A DNA stretch of 64,000 nucleotides from Solirubrobacterales bacterium (GTDB taxonomy: Bacteria; Actinomycetota; Thermoleophilia; Solirubrobacterales; Solirubrobacteraceae): positions 10,017 through 74,016 of the forward strand of contig PLES01000052.1 of the NCBI GenBank assembly GCA_003137075.1, written 5' to 3'. This document shows positions 49,692 to 58,784 of the stretch, in pieces. The notes under the pieces were generated by a model. The model was not told the origin of the DNA. It ran no database searches and worked only from the letters and a program-made list of their open reading frames with translations. Both the position numbers and the translations under genes were made by a program. How positions within the stretch are numbered: the stretch's first letter is position 1; the number at the start of each line of letters is the position of its first letter.

Positions 49692-51691
49692 AGCGGCTGC
49701 CGGCGATCGCCTTCGGCGCGCTTGTTGCGGCCACGCTGCTCGCCTTCTTTCTGACCCAGGCGGTGAAGTCCAACGACGCTTGGCTGAACGGCAACCCAAC
49801 GCCAATCCCGGCGGCCTTCAATCCTGTCGGCGGTCGCGTCTGCCAGTCCAAGAAGGACGCGGAGGGGAACCCCACATGGCTCAACTACAGGCAGACATCG
49901 CTGTCGGTCAAGCTCTGGCACGCGGATACGGTCAGCGTGAATGTGACGGACAACGCCGGCGTTCCCGTTGCGACCATCTCGCAGGGGCGTTCACTGCAGC
50001 GAAACGTGCCCAGCGTGTTCCTCTGGAAGGGCTTTGAGAACGGCGGCACGCTCGCACCCGACGGGACCTACTTCTTCCAGTTGAAGTTGGTTGAGCAGGA
50101 CCGCACGATCGACCTCACGAACGCGCCGATCACGGTGATGACGCACGATCCGCTGGCGCCGGCCACCTCAGTGGCGCTGACGCCAATCGCCACCACCACC
50201 ACGCCCACGACCACCACGCCGACAACTGCCACACCGACAACTGCCACACCGACCACGGGCACAACAACGGCTGCTACGAGCGACGCTACGGCAACAGCCC
50301 CGACAACCACCGGCACGGCCACGACCACGACCGTAACCACCGGTGCGGTGGTGCTGACGCCACCAGCGGGCAGCGTCACGGTCCACTTCAAGGCTGGCCC
50401 CTACCGTCGCGTCTGGATCGACGTGTGGCGCACCGGCCTGCCAGGCAAGCCGGTGCTCGTGAACAAGTTCAGGGTCGATCCCACGAGCGACAGCGCGGTC
50501 TGGAATGGCACCGAGCAGAACGGCACGCCCGCGCCGGCCGGCACATACCTGCTCGGCGTCACCGTTCAGGATCTCGCCTGCAACCCCGGGACCTATCCGG
50601 TGGTGGTGCCGGCATCGCCGGGGACCACCCCGCACGCCGGCGTGACCGTGCGCTACCTGGCGGCGATACCGCCACTGGCGCCAACCCCTGCGGGCTCAAT
50701 CGCAACCGTCCAGGTCGACTCGCCGACCGGTCCCTACGACTGGGCCCTGCGCATGGTCGGTAAAGGCAAGGTGCTTGCGCGTGGCAGCGGCAGTGGCGCA
50801 ACCGGCACCGGAGCCGGCGCGCTCAGCGTCAGGTTGCCGAAGAAGAACGCCGGCCTCTACAAGCTGACGATCACGGCCGGACCGTATTCGACGGCGGTGC
50901 CGTTGGTCGCGAGTGCCACGGGCGCGCGCGCGGCGCGCGCCCGTGTACTGGTGGTGCTGCCGATGCTCACCTGGCAGGGCGAGAATCCGGTCGACGACAC
51001 CGGAGACGGCGTCCCGAGCACGCTCACCGACGGCGACCGCATCGCGCTCGAGCGTCCGTTCGCTTTGGGTCTGCCCGTGAGCTTCCGGCAGGACGCCGCC
51101 CTGATCAGCTATCTCAACAGCCAGGGCTACCACTTCCAGCTGACCACCGACCTCGCCCTGGCGCGGGGCGTAGGGCCCTCGCTGGTCGACCACTGGGGCG
51201 TCGCGCTGGCCGGGAGCGAGACCTGGCTGCCGAGTTCGCTGGCGGGGTCCCTGAAGGCGTTCGTAGAGCACGGTGGTCGCGTGCTCTCGCTCGGCACAGA
51301 TGCGCTCGCGGGTACTTCAGTGCTGAGTGGCTATCCCTCCGATCCTTCGGCTGATGCGCCCAGGACCAGCGACGTCGATCTGTTCGGCGCCAAGCACGGT
51401 CCGCTGACAAAGACCGGCGGTGACCTGATCACCGAGCTTGAGGACCAGCTGGACATCCTCAACGTCGCGCCGGCGTTCTCCGGATTCAAAGCGTTCGAGC
51501 CGGTCGAGCCTCCGGCCGGCGTCAAGGCGTCGCTCGCCGGAATCGCGGACGGCGCTCCGGCGGTGGCGGCTTTCGAGCTGGGAACCGGTTATGTCGTCGA
51601 GGTCGGCTTGCCTGACTTCAACTCGACGCTCGCAGCCGACGTTGACTCGCAGGAGCTGCTGAACCGCATCTGGCAGCTGCTCGCCAAGTAG
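49688..51691 (+). CDS. Large membrane-anchored extracytoplasmic protein (two FlgD-Ig-like modules, Thr-rich linker, C-terminal alpha/beta domain)
   Basis: 667 aa with an N-terminal TM helix and two segments ending in APDGTYFFQLKL and APAGTYLLGVTVQD (FlgD-Ig/FlgD-like pattern). A 52 aa Thr/Pro/Ala linker is followed by a C-terminal domain of about 270 aa of unknown function. Confidence 0.5.
   Translation: MKRLPAIAFGALVAATLLAFFLTQAVKSNDAWLNGNPTPIPAAFNPVGGRVCQSKKDAEGNPTWLNYRQTSLSVKLWHADTVSVNVTDNAGVPVATISQGRSLQRNVPSVFLWKGFENGGTLAPDGTYFFQLKLVEQDRTIDLTNAPITVMTHDPLAPATSVALTPIATTTTPTTTTPTTATPTTATPTTGTTTAATSDATATAPTTTGTATTTTVTTGAVVLTPPAGSVTVHFKAGPYRRVWIDVWRTGLPGKPVLVNKFRVDPTSDSAVWNGTEQNGTPAPAGTYLLGVTVQDLACNPGTYPVVVPASPGTTPHAGVTVRYLAAIPPLAPTPAGSIATVQVDSPTGPYDWALRMVGKGKVLARGSGSGATGTGAGALSVRLPKKNAGLYKLTITAGPYSTAVPLVASATGARAARARVLVVLPMLTWQGENPVDDTGDGVPSTLTDGDRIALERPFALGLPVSFRQDAALISYLNSQGYHFQLTTDLALARGVGPSLVDHWGVALAGSETWLPSSLAGSLKAFVEHGGRVLSLGTDALAGTSVLSGYPSDPSADAPRTSDVDLFGAKHGPLTKTGGDLITELEDQLDILNVAPAFSGFKAFEPVEPPAGVKASLAGIADGAPAVAAFELGTGYVVEVGLPDFNSTLAADVDSQELLNRIWQLLAK
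50189..50343 (+). repeat. Coding low-complexity Thr/Pro/Ala linker with an exact 15 bp tandem duplication
   Basis: CCGACAACTGCCACA occurs twice in tandem (50219-50233 and 50234-50248), encoding PTTAT PTTAT within ATTTTPTTTTPTTATPTTATPTTGTTTAATSDATATAPTTTGTATTTTVTTG. Confidence 0.85.
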
Positions 51692-51706
51692 CGTCAGTTC
51701 ATCCTG

Positions 51707-53182
51707 ATGGCCGGATACCTGAAGCGGCTGCTGAACTCGCTCGGCGCCTACCAGATCGCGAGCATCATCCAGAAACTGCTGGCGGTGGCACTGCTGCCTG
51801 TCTACACCGGCAGAATCGCGTCGGCCGGGTACGGGATCGTGGAAACGCTCGCGACCTTCGTGATCTTCGTCAGCATCGTGCTGCGGTTCGGGATCATCGA
51901 GGCGTTCCTGCGTTACTACTTCATGGACAAGGACCGCGAGCGCCAGGACGCGCTGGTACGCCGCAGCGTGCTGTTCCTGATTGCCACCACCACGCTCGCC
52001 TGTCTGGTGCTTGTGATCCCGGCGGGGCCGCTGGCGCGACTGATCACCAGCGAGCACGTGCCAGCCGCATTCCGGGTCTCGGTGCTGGGCATCTGGTCGT
52101 TCACCAACCTGGAACTGGCCCAGGCCGTGTTGCGCGTCGACGAACGGCTCAAGGCCTACGCGATCTGTGGCATCACCAACGTGCTGCTGACGGTCAGCAC
52201 CTCAGTGGTGCTGGTGGTCGGCTTCGGTGACGGCTACATCGGACTGCTGATCGCCAACTACGGCGCAACCACCCTGGTTCTGCTCGGGCTCTGGTGGACG
52301 TTGCGAGAGCGCATTTTGAATCACCCTGAGACCCACACCGCCGACTCGTTCCGCACGCTCTTCCGCTTCGGCCTGCCGACGGTCCCTGCCGAAGCCTCGG
52401 CCTACGCACTGAGCGTCGCCGACCGCCAGTACATCGTGCACCAGAGCGGAGCCTCGGCGGCCGGCCGTTACGCGATCGCTGTCAAGGTCGCGGGCGCGAT
52501 CATCTTCATCGTCCAGGCCTTCCAATACGCCTTCCCGCCGCTGGCCTACTCGGTCAAGGATGACGCTCAGGCGGCCCGGCTCTATGGGCTTGTGACCACC
52601 TACTACGCGCTGGTCACCGGGTGGGTGGTGGCCGCCCTGACGCTTGAGAGCCGGTACATCATCCGCTTTCTCGCGCCCCACGCCGGGTACTTCGGGGCTT
52701 ACCGGGCGATCCCCTGGGTCTCGCTCGGCTGGGCGCTCTATGGCCTCTGGGTGGTGCTGCTGGTTATCGCCGGGCGTGCCAAGGTCACGAGCCGCAACTT
52801 CCCGGCGGCGTTCATCGGCCTCGTGGTCAACGTGGTCCTGCTGCTCGTGCTGGTGCCCCGCTACGGGATCGCCGGCGCCGGCATAGCGCTCTGCGGCGCC
52901 TACGTTGCCATGCTTGCGGCCATGCACCTGCTGATCCGCCGCGCCTTCCCGGTGAACTTCGAATGGCGCCGGCTGACCCACCTGGTGGTGGTCGTCGGCG
53001 GGTTGGCCGTGGCGGCGGATCTGCTACTGCCGACTTCCGGTTTGGCCGGCTTCCTGGAACGCACCGTCGTGGTCGCCGCGATTCCCCCGGCGCTGTGGGT
53101 AACCGGCTTCCTGCACAAGGCGGAGCTCGAGCAGGGACTTGCCGTTGCCCGCAAGCTGCGCGCGCGGTTGGGGGCTGCATGA
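51707..53182 (+). CDS. MOP/Wzx-type polysaccharide flippase
   Basis: 491 aa with about 12-14 TM helices. The N-terminal pattern (LGAYQIASIIQKLLAVALLPVYTGRIASAGYG) and overall architecture are typical of the polysaccharide biosynthesis protein family. Confidence 0.75.
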   Translation: MAGYLKRLLNSLGAYQIASIIQKLLAVALLPVYTGRIASAGYGIVETLATFVIFVSIVLRFGIIEAFLRYYFMDKDRERQDALVRRSVLFLIATTTLACLVLVIPAGPLARLITSEHVPAAFRVSVLGIWSFTNLELAQAVLRVDERLKAYAICGITNVLLTVSTSVVLVVGFGDGYIGLLIANYGATTLVLLGLWWTLRERILNHPETHTADSFRTLFRFGLPTVPAEASAYALSVADRQYIVHQSGASAAGRYAIAVKVAGAIIFIVQAFQYAFPPLAYSVKDDAQAARLYGLVTTYYALVTGWVVAALTLESRYIIRFLAPHAGYFGAYRAIPWVSLGWALYGLWVVLLVIAGRAKVTSRNFPAAFIGLVVNVVLLLVLVPRYGIAGAGIALCGAYVAMLAAMHLLIRRAFPVNFEWRRLTHLVVVVGGLAVAADLLLPTSGLAGFLERTVVVAAIPPALWVTGFLHKAELEQGLAVARKLRARLGAA

Positions 53183-54177
53183 CGCGGCCGGCCGTGAGCG
53201 TCGTGGTGCCGTTCGCCGGCTCCGCTGCGGAGGCGGCGGCGGTGATCGCGATGCTGGAGTCGTTGAAGACCGCCGAAGGTGACGAGCTGATCCTCTCCGA
53301 CAACAGCGGCACGGTCGCTCCCGCAGCCGGTGCCCCGCGCCACTCTGGGGGAGAAACTCGGCGTGGGGGCGGGTTTCTCCCCCAGAGTGAAGGCGCGCCG
53401 ACGGGCGAGGCCTTGGTGGCGCCCACCGCGGTCAAGATTGTGCGGGCGAGCAAGGAAGCCTCTGCTTCGCACGCACGCAACGTCGGTGCCGCCTACGCCG
53501 TGAACGATTGGCTGCTGTTCCTGGACTCCGACGTGCAACCGCCGGCCGACCTGATCGACCAGTTCTTCAAGGAGCCGATCGATCAAGGCGTCGGCGCGAT
53601 CACGGGGGACATAGCCGGGATTCCCGACACCCGCACACTTGCCGCGCGGTACGGCACGGCTCGCAACTTCCTCGGCCAGCGATCACACGTGATGAACCCG
53701 TATCGCCCACGCGCATCGTCGGCGAACCTGTTGGTGCGTCGTGCCGCGTTTGACCAGATCCACGGCTACACCGAGGGCATCTGGGCGGCGGAGGACACCG
53801 ACCTCACCTGGCGGCTGCAGGATGCGGGCTGGACGCTCGCCTTCAACGAGCATGCCGTGGTTCAGCACGCCTACCGCGACTCCCTGCGTGCGCTCGGTAA
53901 GCAGTGGCGCGGGTATGCCGCCGGGGCGATGTGGCTCTCGCACCGCTACCCCGACTTCGAGCTCGACCCGGGTCTCAACCGGCTGGGTCGGCGCCTGCTC
54001 AAACGGGTCGGAATCGGCCGCGGCGTCGCCTTCCGCGCTGACGGCCGCGGCTCTGCGGCGTCCACGCGGCTGACCCGTTGGCAGCGACTGCAGTTCCTGT
54101 TCGTCGACTGCATGCTCGGCGTCGAGGAGAAGATCGGTCACCGCAAGTCGAACCGCGTCGATCGCCGCGAACCGTGA
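53179..54177 (+). CDS. Family 2 glycosyltransferase (carries an insertion encoded by an inverted repeat)
   Basis: Start trimmed to ATG 53179 (ATGA overlap with wzx). Motifs VSVVVPFAG, ILSDNSG, ARNVGAAYAVNDWLLFLDSDV (DxD) and AAEDTDLTWRL. Confidence 0.75.
   Translation: MTRPAVSVVVPFAGSAAEAAAVIAMLESLKTAEGDELILSDNSGTVAPAAGAPRHSGGETRRGGGFLPQSEGAPTGEALVAPTAVKIVRASKEASASHARNVGAAYAVNDWLLFLDSDVQPPADLIDQFFKEPIDQGVGAITGDIAGIPDTRTLAARYGTARNFLGQRSHVMNPYRPRASSANLLVRRAAFDQIHGYTEGIWAAEDTDLTWRLQDAGWTLAFNEHAVVQHAYRDSLRALGKQWRGYAAGAMWLSHRYPDFELDPGLNRLGRRLLKRVGIGRGVAFRADGRGSAASTRLTRWQRLQFLFVDCMLGVEEKIGHRKSNRVDRREP
53341..53389. repeat. Perfect 17 bp inverted repeat with a 15 nt spacer inside the GT2 coding sequence
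   Basis: CACTCTGGGGGAGAAAC (53341-53357), tcggcgtgggggcgg, GTTTCTCCCCCAGAGTG (53373-53389). Read in frame it gives HSGGETRRGGGFLPQSE. Confidence 0.9.
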
Positions 54178-55262
54178 TGCGAATAGATCTCGTCGACCCG
54201 CCGGCCTTCTCCCCGCCCTATGACCACGCGCTGGCGTCGGCGCTGGCCGCGCTTGGTGCCGACGTCCGGCTCGTGACCTCGGAGTTCGTCCACGGCCCCG
54301 TCCCGGAGCCGGTCGGTTATGAGCGCGAGCTTTTCTTCTACCGCGGCGCTCGTGGGCCCGCCGGTTCCAAGGCCCGCGCCTTCAGCAAGCTGGCGTCTCA
54401 CGGCGCCGACATGCGTCGCTACCGCCGGGTGGCGCGCGACGTCGTTCACTTCGAGTGGCTGACGGTCCCGCGCTCAGACCTGCGCAAGCTCCCGGACCGC
54501 CCGGTCGTACTGACGATCCATGACCCGCTCGAACGCGGCGGCGTCAAACCGCCGTTGCGGCCCTCGGCCTTCTCCCGTGTCGACGCGGTCGTGGTTCACA
54601 GCGAGTTCGCGCGTGAGCGCGTCCTCGCACAGCACCTGCTGAAGCCGGAGAAGGTGCATGTAATCCGTCACGGTGCGCTCACCCCGGCAGTCGCGCCGGG
54701 CCCGCTGCCGCCGGAGCTTCCGCAGACAGACCTGCCGGTTGTGCTGTGCTTCGGGCTGATCCGTCCCTACAAGGGGATCGAGCTGCTGCTCGAGGCCTGG
54801 GAAGGCATCACCGACGCCGAGCTCTGGATCGTCGGCAGGCCGATGACGCCGATCGACCGCACCATCGCCGCGGCTCCTGCCGGCGTCCGGTTCGTACCGC
54901 GCTTCGTCACAGACGCGGAGGAGGCGGCCGTCTACCAGCGTGCCGACATCGCCGTACTGCCCTACGAGCGCGGCGACCGCTTCGGCTTCTCCGGCGTGCT
55001 CGCCACCGCGCTCGGGGCGGGCAAGGCGATCGTGCTCTCCGACGTCGGTGGCCTCGCAGAGGTCGCGGAACTGGGGGCGGCGCGACTGGTCACGGCGGGC
55101 CAGAGCGCTCCGCTGCGCTCCGCGCTCTCAGAGCTGATCGCCTCGCCCGAAGACCGCGCGCAGCTCAGCGCCGCCGCGCTCAAGGCCGCCGCCGAGGTCT
55201 ACTCCTGGGAGGCGGCCGCGCGGGCGACGCTCGAGCTGTACGAGAGAATCAGCGCGAGCTAA
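54177..55262 (+). CDS. Family 4 (GT-B) glycosyltransferase
   Basis: Start trimmed to MRIDLVDPPAFSPPYDH (ATG shares its A with the upstream TGA). C-terminal E-x7-E-like region (LPYERGDRFGFSGVLATALGAGKAIVLSDVGGLAEV). Confidence 0.8.
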   Translation: MRIDLVDPPAFSPPYDHALASALAALGADVRLVTSEFVHGPVPEPVGYERELFFYRGARGPAGSKARAFSKLASHGADMRRYRRVARDVVHFEWLTVPRSDLRKLPDRPVVLTIHDPLERGGVKPPLRPSAFSRVDAVVVHSEFARERVLAQHLLKPEKVHVIRHGALTPAVAPGPLPPELPQTDLPVVLCFGLIRPYKGIELLLEAWEGITDAELWIVGRPMTPIDRTIAAAPAGVRFVPRFVTDAEEAAVYQRADIAVLPYERGDRFGFSGVLATALGAGKAIVLSDVGGLAEVAELGAARLVTAGQSAPLRSALSELIASPEDRAQLSAAALKAAAEVYSWEAAARATLELYERISAS

Positions 55263-56434
55263 TGACAGTCGTGAAAGTCGTCTTCTGGGCCAGTGCGGCC
55301 CTGATCGTTTACAGCCAGGTCGGCTACGGCCTGCTGCTCGCGGTGATCGCGCGGCTCTCGCGTGAGCGTCACGGCAGCGCTGCCGGCACTGCCAGCCCTG
55401 ACGCCGCGTTGCCGAAGGTCTCGCTGATCGTCGCCGCCTATAACGAGCAGGACGTGATCGGGCAACGCGTGGCGAACCTCAAGGCGCTCGACTACCCTCC
55501 GGAGTCGCTGCAGATCATCGTCGCCTCCGACGGATCGACCGACTCGACGGCCGCGCATGCGCGCGCGGCCGGAGCGCAGATCGTGCTCGAGCTTCCGCGT
55601 GGCGGCAAGATCCGTGCCCAGGACGCCGCAGTGCAGGCCGCGAACGGCGCGCTGCTGGCCTTCTCTGACGCCAACAGCGATTGGCAGCCCGACGCGCTGC
55701 TGCGGCTCGCCGACGCGTTCACCGATCCGAAGGTCGGTTATGTCTGCGGTGACGTCCGCTTTGTTGACCAACACGGCGGCAACCAGGAGGGCGTCTACTG
55801 GCGTTATGAGATGTGGCTGCGGCGGCTCGAATCGCGGCTGCGCTCGGTCACTTCGGGCAATGGTGCGATCTACGCGACCCGCGCCGAGGCCTACCTGTCG
55901 GTCGATCCGCTCGCCGGCCACGACCTCTCGTTCCCGTTCAATATGGTCAAGCGCGGCTGGCGTGCGGTCTACGCGACCGATGCGCGAGCCTCCGAGAAGA
56001 TGGCCCCGTCGATTGAGAGCGAGTTCTCCCGCAAGCGCCGGATGGCGCGCCGTACCTGGCCGACGCTCTGGGGTAGCGGCCTGATCTCGCCACGTGGCTA
56101 CGACCCGCTCTACGGCTTGATGATCGTCTCGCACCGGCTGCTGCGTTACCTTGCGCCGTTCCTGCACGGACTGGCGCTCCTCACCAGCCTGGTGCTGATC
56201 GGTCAGGGCTGGGTGTACGTGGTCTGCGCGGCGGCCCAGGTTGCGTTTCTGCTCGCCGCCGTGCTGGTTGCGCTGCCGCCGCTCAGCCGCTTGCCGAAGC
56301 AGCTGCTGCCGATCCGTCTGATGCTGATCGCTCAGTACTACCTGGTCACCAACTGGGCACTGGCAATCGGGCTCTGGGACTGGCTGCGCGGTGAGCGCTC
56401 ACCGGTGTGGGAGACCGTGGAGGGGACGCGATGA
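55262..56434 (+). CDS. Membrane-embedded family 2 glycosyltransferase (N- and C-terminal TM helices)
   Basis: Start trimmed to MTVVKVVFWASAAL (TAATG overlap). Motifs SLIVAAYNEQ, IVASDGSTDST, FSDANS and GNGAIYA. An Arg-rich segment FSRKRRMARRTW sits where processive enzymes carry QxxRW, followed by 3-4 C-terminal TM helices. Confidence 0.75.
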   Translation: MTVVKVVFWASAALIVYSQVGYGLLLAVIARLSRERHGSAAGTASPDAALPKVSLIVAAYNEQDVIGQRVANLKALDYPPESLQIIVASDGSTDSTAAHARAAGAQIVLELPRGGKIRAQDAAVQAANGALLAFSDANSDWQPDALLRLADAFTDPKVGYVCGDVRFVDQHGGNQEGVYWRYEMWLRRLESRLRSVTSGNGAIYATRAEAYLSVDPLAGHDLSFPFNMVKRGWRAVYATDARASEKMAPSIESEFSRKRRMARRTWPTLWGSGLISPRGYDPLYGLMIVSHRLLRYLAPFLHGLALLTSLVLIGQGWVYVVCAAAQVAFLLAAVLVALPPLSRLPKQLLPIRLMLIAQYYLVTNWALAIGLWDWLRGERSPVWETVEGTR

Positions 56435-57072
56435 ACGCACACCGAAACGAAGGCAAAAATCGCACGCGCCGCGCGCTGGACCTGCTGATCGCGGTTCCTG
56501 CGGTGATCGTCACGGCACCCGCCGTCGCGGTACTCGCCTGGCGGATCCGACGTGAGTCGCCTGGCGGTGCGCTCTACACGCAGGTGCGCTCGGGTCTCGA
56601 AGGCGAGCCATTCGAGATCTACAAGCTACGCACGATGGTCAAGGACGCCGAGTTCTTCGGTGCGGGCCTGGCCGTGCTTGAGGGCGATTCGCGGATCACG
56701 CCGACGGGGGCCCTCCTGCGCCGTTACTCGCTTGACGAGCTGCCGAACCTTTGGAACGTCGTGCGTGGGGAGATGGCGATCGTCGGGCCTCGGCCGACGC
56801 TGCCGGCTCAGGTCGAGCAGTACAACGACCATGAGCGCCGCCGCCTGGCGGTCCCGCCCGGGATCACAGGCTGGGCGCAGGTCAACGGCCGCGCGTCGCT
56901 GCCGTGGTCTGAACGGATCGAGCTCGATATCTGGTACGTCGAGCACCGCTCGCTGTGGCTCGATCTCAGGATCCTGGCGCGAACCGTACGGATGGTGATC
57001 ACCGGGCACGGGCTCTACCACGAGGATGAGACCGGCGGCGTCGACCTAGGCGGTCAGCAGACCAAAACCTAG
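56431..57072 (+). CDS. Small monotopic phosphoglycosyl transferase (bacterial sugar transferase, PglC/WbaP C-terminal type)
   Basis: 213 aa from ATG 56431 (ATGA overlap, GGAGGGG RBS). It has a re-entrant helix (LLIAVPAVIVTAPAVAVLAW), plus FEIYKLRTM, DELPNLWNVVRGEMAIVGPRP and PGITGWAQVNG. Confidence 0.85.
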   Translation: MNAHRNEGKNRTRRALDLLIAVPAVIVTAPAVAVLAWRIRRESPGGALYTQVRSGLEGEPFEIYKLRTMVKDAEFFGAGLAVLEGDSRITPTGALLRRYSLDELPNLWNVVRGEMAIVGPRPTLPAQVEQYNDHERRRLAVPPGITGWAQVNGRASLPWSERIELDIWYVEHRSLWLDLRILARTVRMVITGHGLYHEDETGGVDLGGQQTKT

Positions 57073-57102
57073 CGGCGGACGCAAGCGCGCGCCCGAACGC
57101 GG

Positions 57103-57780
57103 GTGCAGCTGTCCACTAGGATCGCCGCCGTGGAGCAGGAGCTGCTGATCTTCGGGGCGGGGGGCTTTGGACGCGAGGTCGCGTCCTGGGTGCACCGTGC
57201 CGCCTGGCAGGGGCACGGCTTCAAGCTCGCGGCGTTCGTCGATGACAATCCGGTAACTGACGAGCTCAACGGATTTCCGGTGCTGACACTGGCGCAAGCA
57301 GCGCAGCGACACCCCGATGCCGGCGTGTTGGCGAGCGTCGGCCAGCCGCGGGTGCGCGAGCGTTTGATTGCAAAGGCGGCCGAGCTCGGTCTGCGACCCA
57401 CAGCGCCGCTGCTGCACCCAAACGTCGAGTACGACCAGCAGTACGTCAGCTTCGGGGACGGCGTGGTCGTCTGTGCCGGCTCGATCCTGACGGTCAATAT
57501 CGAGATCGAGTCGCACGTCCAGATCAACCTTGACTGCACGGTCGGGCACGATGCCGTGCTGCGCGCCTACGCGACGCTCTCACCGGGCGTACACATCTCC
57601 GGCAACGTGACCCTCGAGCAGTGCTCGTTCCTGGGTACGGGCGCGGTGACGGTCCAGGGGCTGCCTGGGCGTCCGCTCCTGATCGGCGCCGACGCGGTGG
57701 TCGGCGCCGGGGCCGTGGTGACCAAGGACGTGGCACCGTCGGCCACTGTGGTCGGGATCCCGGCGCGAGCGCGGGCGTGA
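57103..57780 (+). CDS. NeuD/PglD-type sugar N-acetyltransferase (Rossmann-like N-domain + left-handed beta-helix)
   Basis: 225 aa with LLIFGAGGFGREVASWV, followed by hexapeptide repeats (VNIEIESHVQINLDCTVGHDAVLRAYATLSPGVHISGNVTLE...GAGAVV). Confidence 0.75.
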   Translation: MQLSTRIAAVEQELLIFGAGGFGREVASWVHRAAWQGHGFKLAAFVDDNPVTDELNGFPVLTLAQAAQRHPDAGVLASVGQPRVRERLIAKAAELGLRPTAPLLHPNVEYDQQYVSFGDGVVVCAGSILTVNIEIESHVQINLDCTVGHDAVLRAYATLSPGVHISGNVTLEQCSFLGTGAVTVQGLPGRPLLIGADAVVGAGAVVTKDVAPSATVVGIPARARA

Positions 57781-57800
57781 CCGGCGAAAGGCCCTGAGCG

Positions 57801-58709
57801 ATGGCACGCAAAGAACCGCGGTCTTTGAAGGGAAAGGTGGTCGCGATCAGCGGCGGCGCGCGCGGGATCGGGCGCTCGACCGCTGCGATGCTGGTCGCCG
57901 AAGGCGCGCAGGTCGCGATCGGGGACCTCGATGGTCCGCTGGTGAGGCGCGTCGCCGATCAACTCGGAGCCGGGACCATCGGCCTCGAGCTCGACGTCAC
58001 CCGACGCCAGAGCTTCACCGCTTTCCTCGACGAGACCGAGCGTCTTCTGGGGCCGCTCGACGTGCTGATCAACAACGCCGGAATCATGTCGCTCGGCCCG
58101 TTCGAGCAGGAGCGCGACGAGATGACGGCGCGACTGCTTGAGGTGAACGTCGGCGGCACGATGCTCGGCTGCAAGCTTGCTATGGCGCGGCTGCTGCCGC
58201 GCAACAGCGGTCAGATCGTCAACGTCGCCTCTGCCGCCGGCAAGCTTGGACTGCCCGGCGGCGCCACCTATTCCGCCAGCAAACACGCGGTAGTCGGGCT
58301 GAGCGAAGCGATCCGAGCCGAGTTGGCGGGCACCAAGGTCGAGGTCCAGATCGTGATTCCGGCGCCTGCCACGACCGAACTTGGCTCCGGTCTGCGGCCG
58401 CTGCGCGGGATCAAGATGCTGCAGGCGGCGGACGTCGCGCAGGCGATCATCGACGGACTGCGGGCCGGAACGCCCGACATCTACGTACCGAAGCGGCTTG
58501 AGCCGCTGCTGCGCGCCAGCCCCTTGGCGCCGCGTCCGTTCGGTGACCTGCTGCGGCGCGTGTTCGGCGGCGACCGCGTGCTGGCCAAGGCTGATCCGCT
58601 GGCGCGGGCAGCCTACGAGGCGCGGATCTCGCCCACAGACCTGGTAGATGCCTCTGCGACGGTTGCCAGCGCCGCGGCGTCGGTAGCCGACGCGATTCGC
58701 GGGTCCTAG
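57801..58709 (+). CDS. Short-chain dehydrogenase/reductase (SDR)
   Basis: 302 aa with AISGGARGIG, NNAG and the catalytic YSASKHAV. Confidence 0.85.
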   Translation: MARKEPRSLKGKVVAISGGARGIGRSTAAMLVAEGAQVAIGDLDGPLVRRVADQLGAGTIGLELDVTRRQSFTAFLDETERLLGPLDVLINNAGIMSLGPFEQERDEMTARLLEVNVGGTMLGCKLAMARLLPRNSGQIVNVASAAGKLGLPGGATYSASKHAVVGLSEAIRAELAGTKVEVQIVIPAPATTELGSGLRPLRGIKMLQAADVAQAIIDGLRAGTPDIYVPKRLEPLLRASPLAPRPFGDLLRRVFGGDRVLAKADPLARAAYEARISPTDLVDASATVASAAASVADAIRGS

Positions 58710-58744
58710 CAAGCTCCGGGCCGCGGGCGGCCGCAGAACTCTCA

Positions 58745-58768
58745 GCGGGCGCCGATGTCGGCGCCCGC
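58745..58768. terminator. Near-perfect 24 nt GC palindrome between the convergent SDR and sqdB-like genes
   Basis: GCGGGCGCCGAtgTCGGCGCCCGC, with a 10-11 bp stem. Confidence 0.5.
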
Positions 58769-58784
58769 ACCAGCGAGGGTTAGA

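Noticed and set aside
50189-50343. Short tandem repeats (15 bp x2 here; CTACCGGCTC x4 near 63170-63250) as a CRISPR-like or VNTR non-coding array.
   Set aside because: They are in frame within ORFs and encode low-complexity linkers. There is no repeat-spacer periodicity and there are no cas genes.
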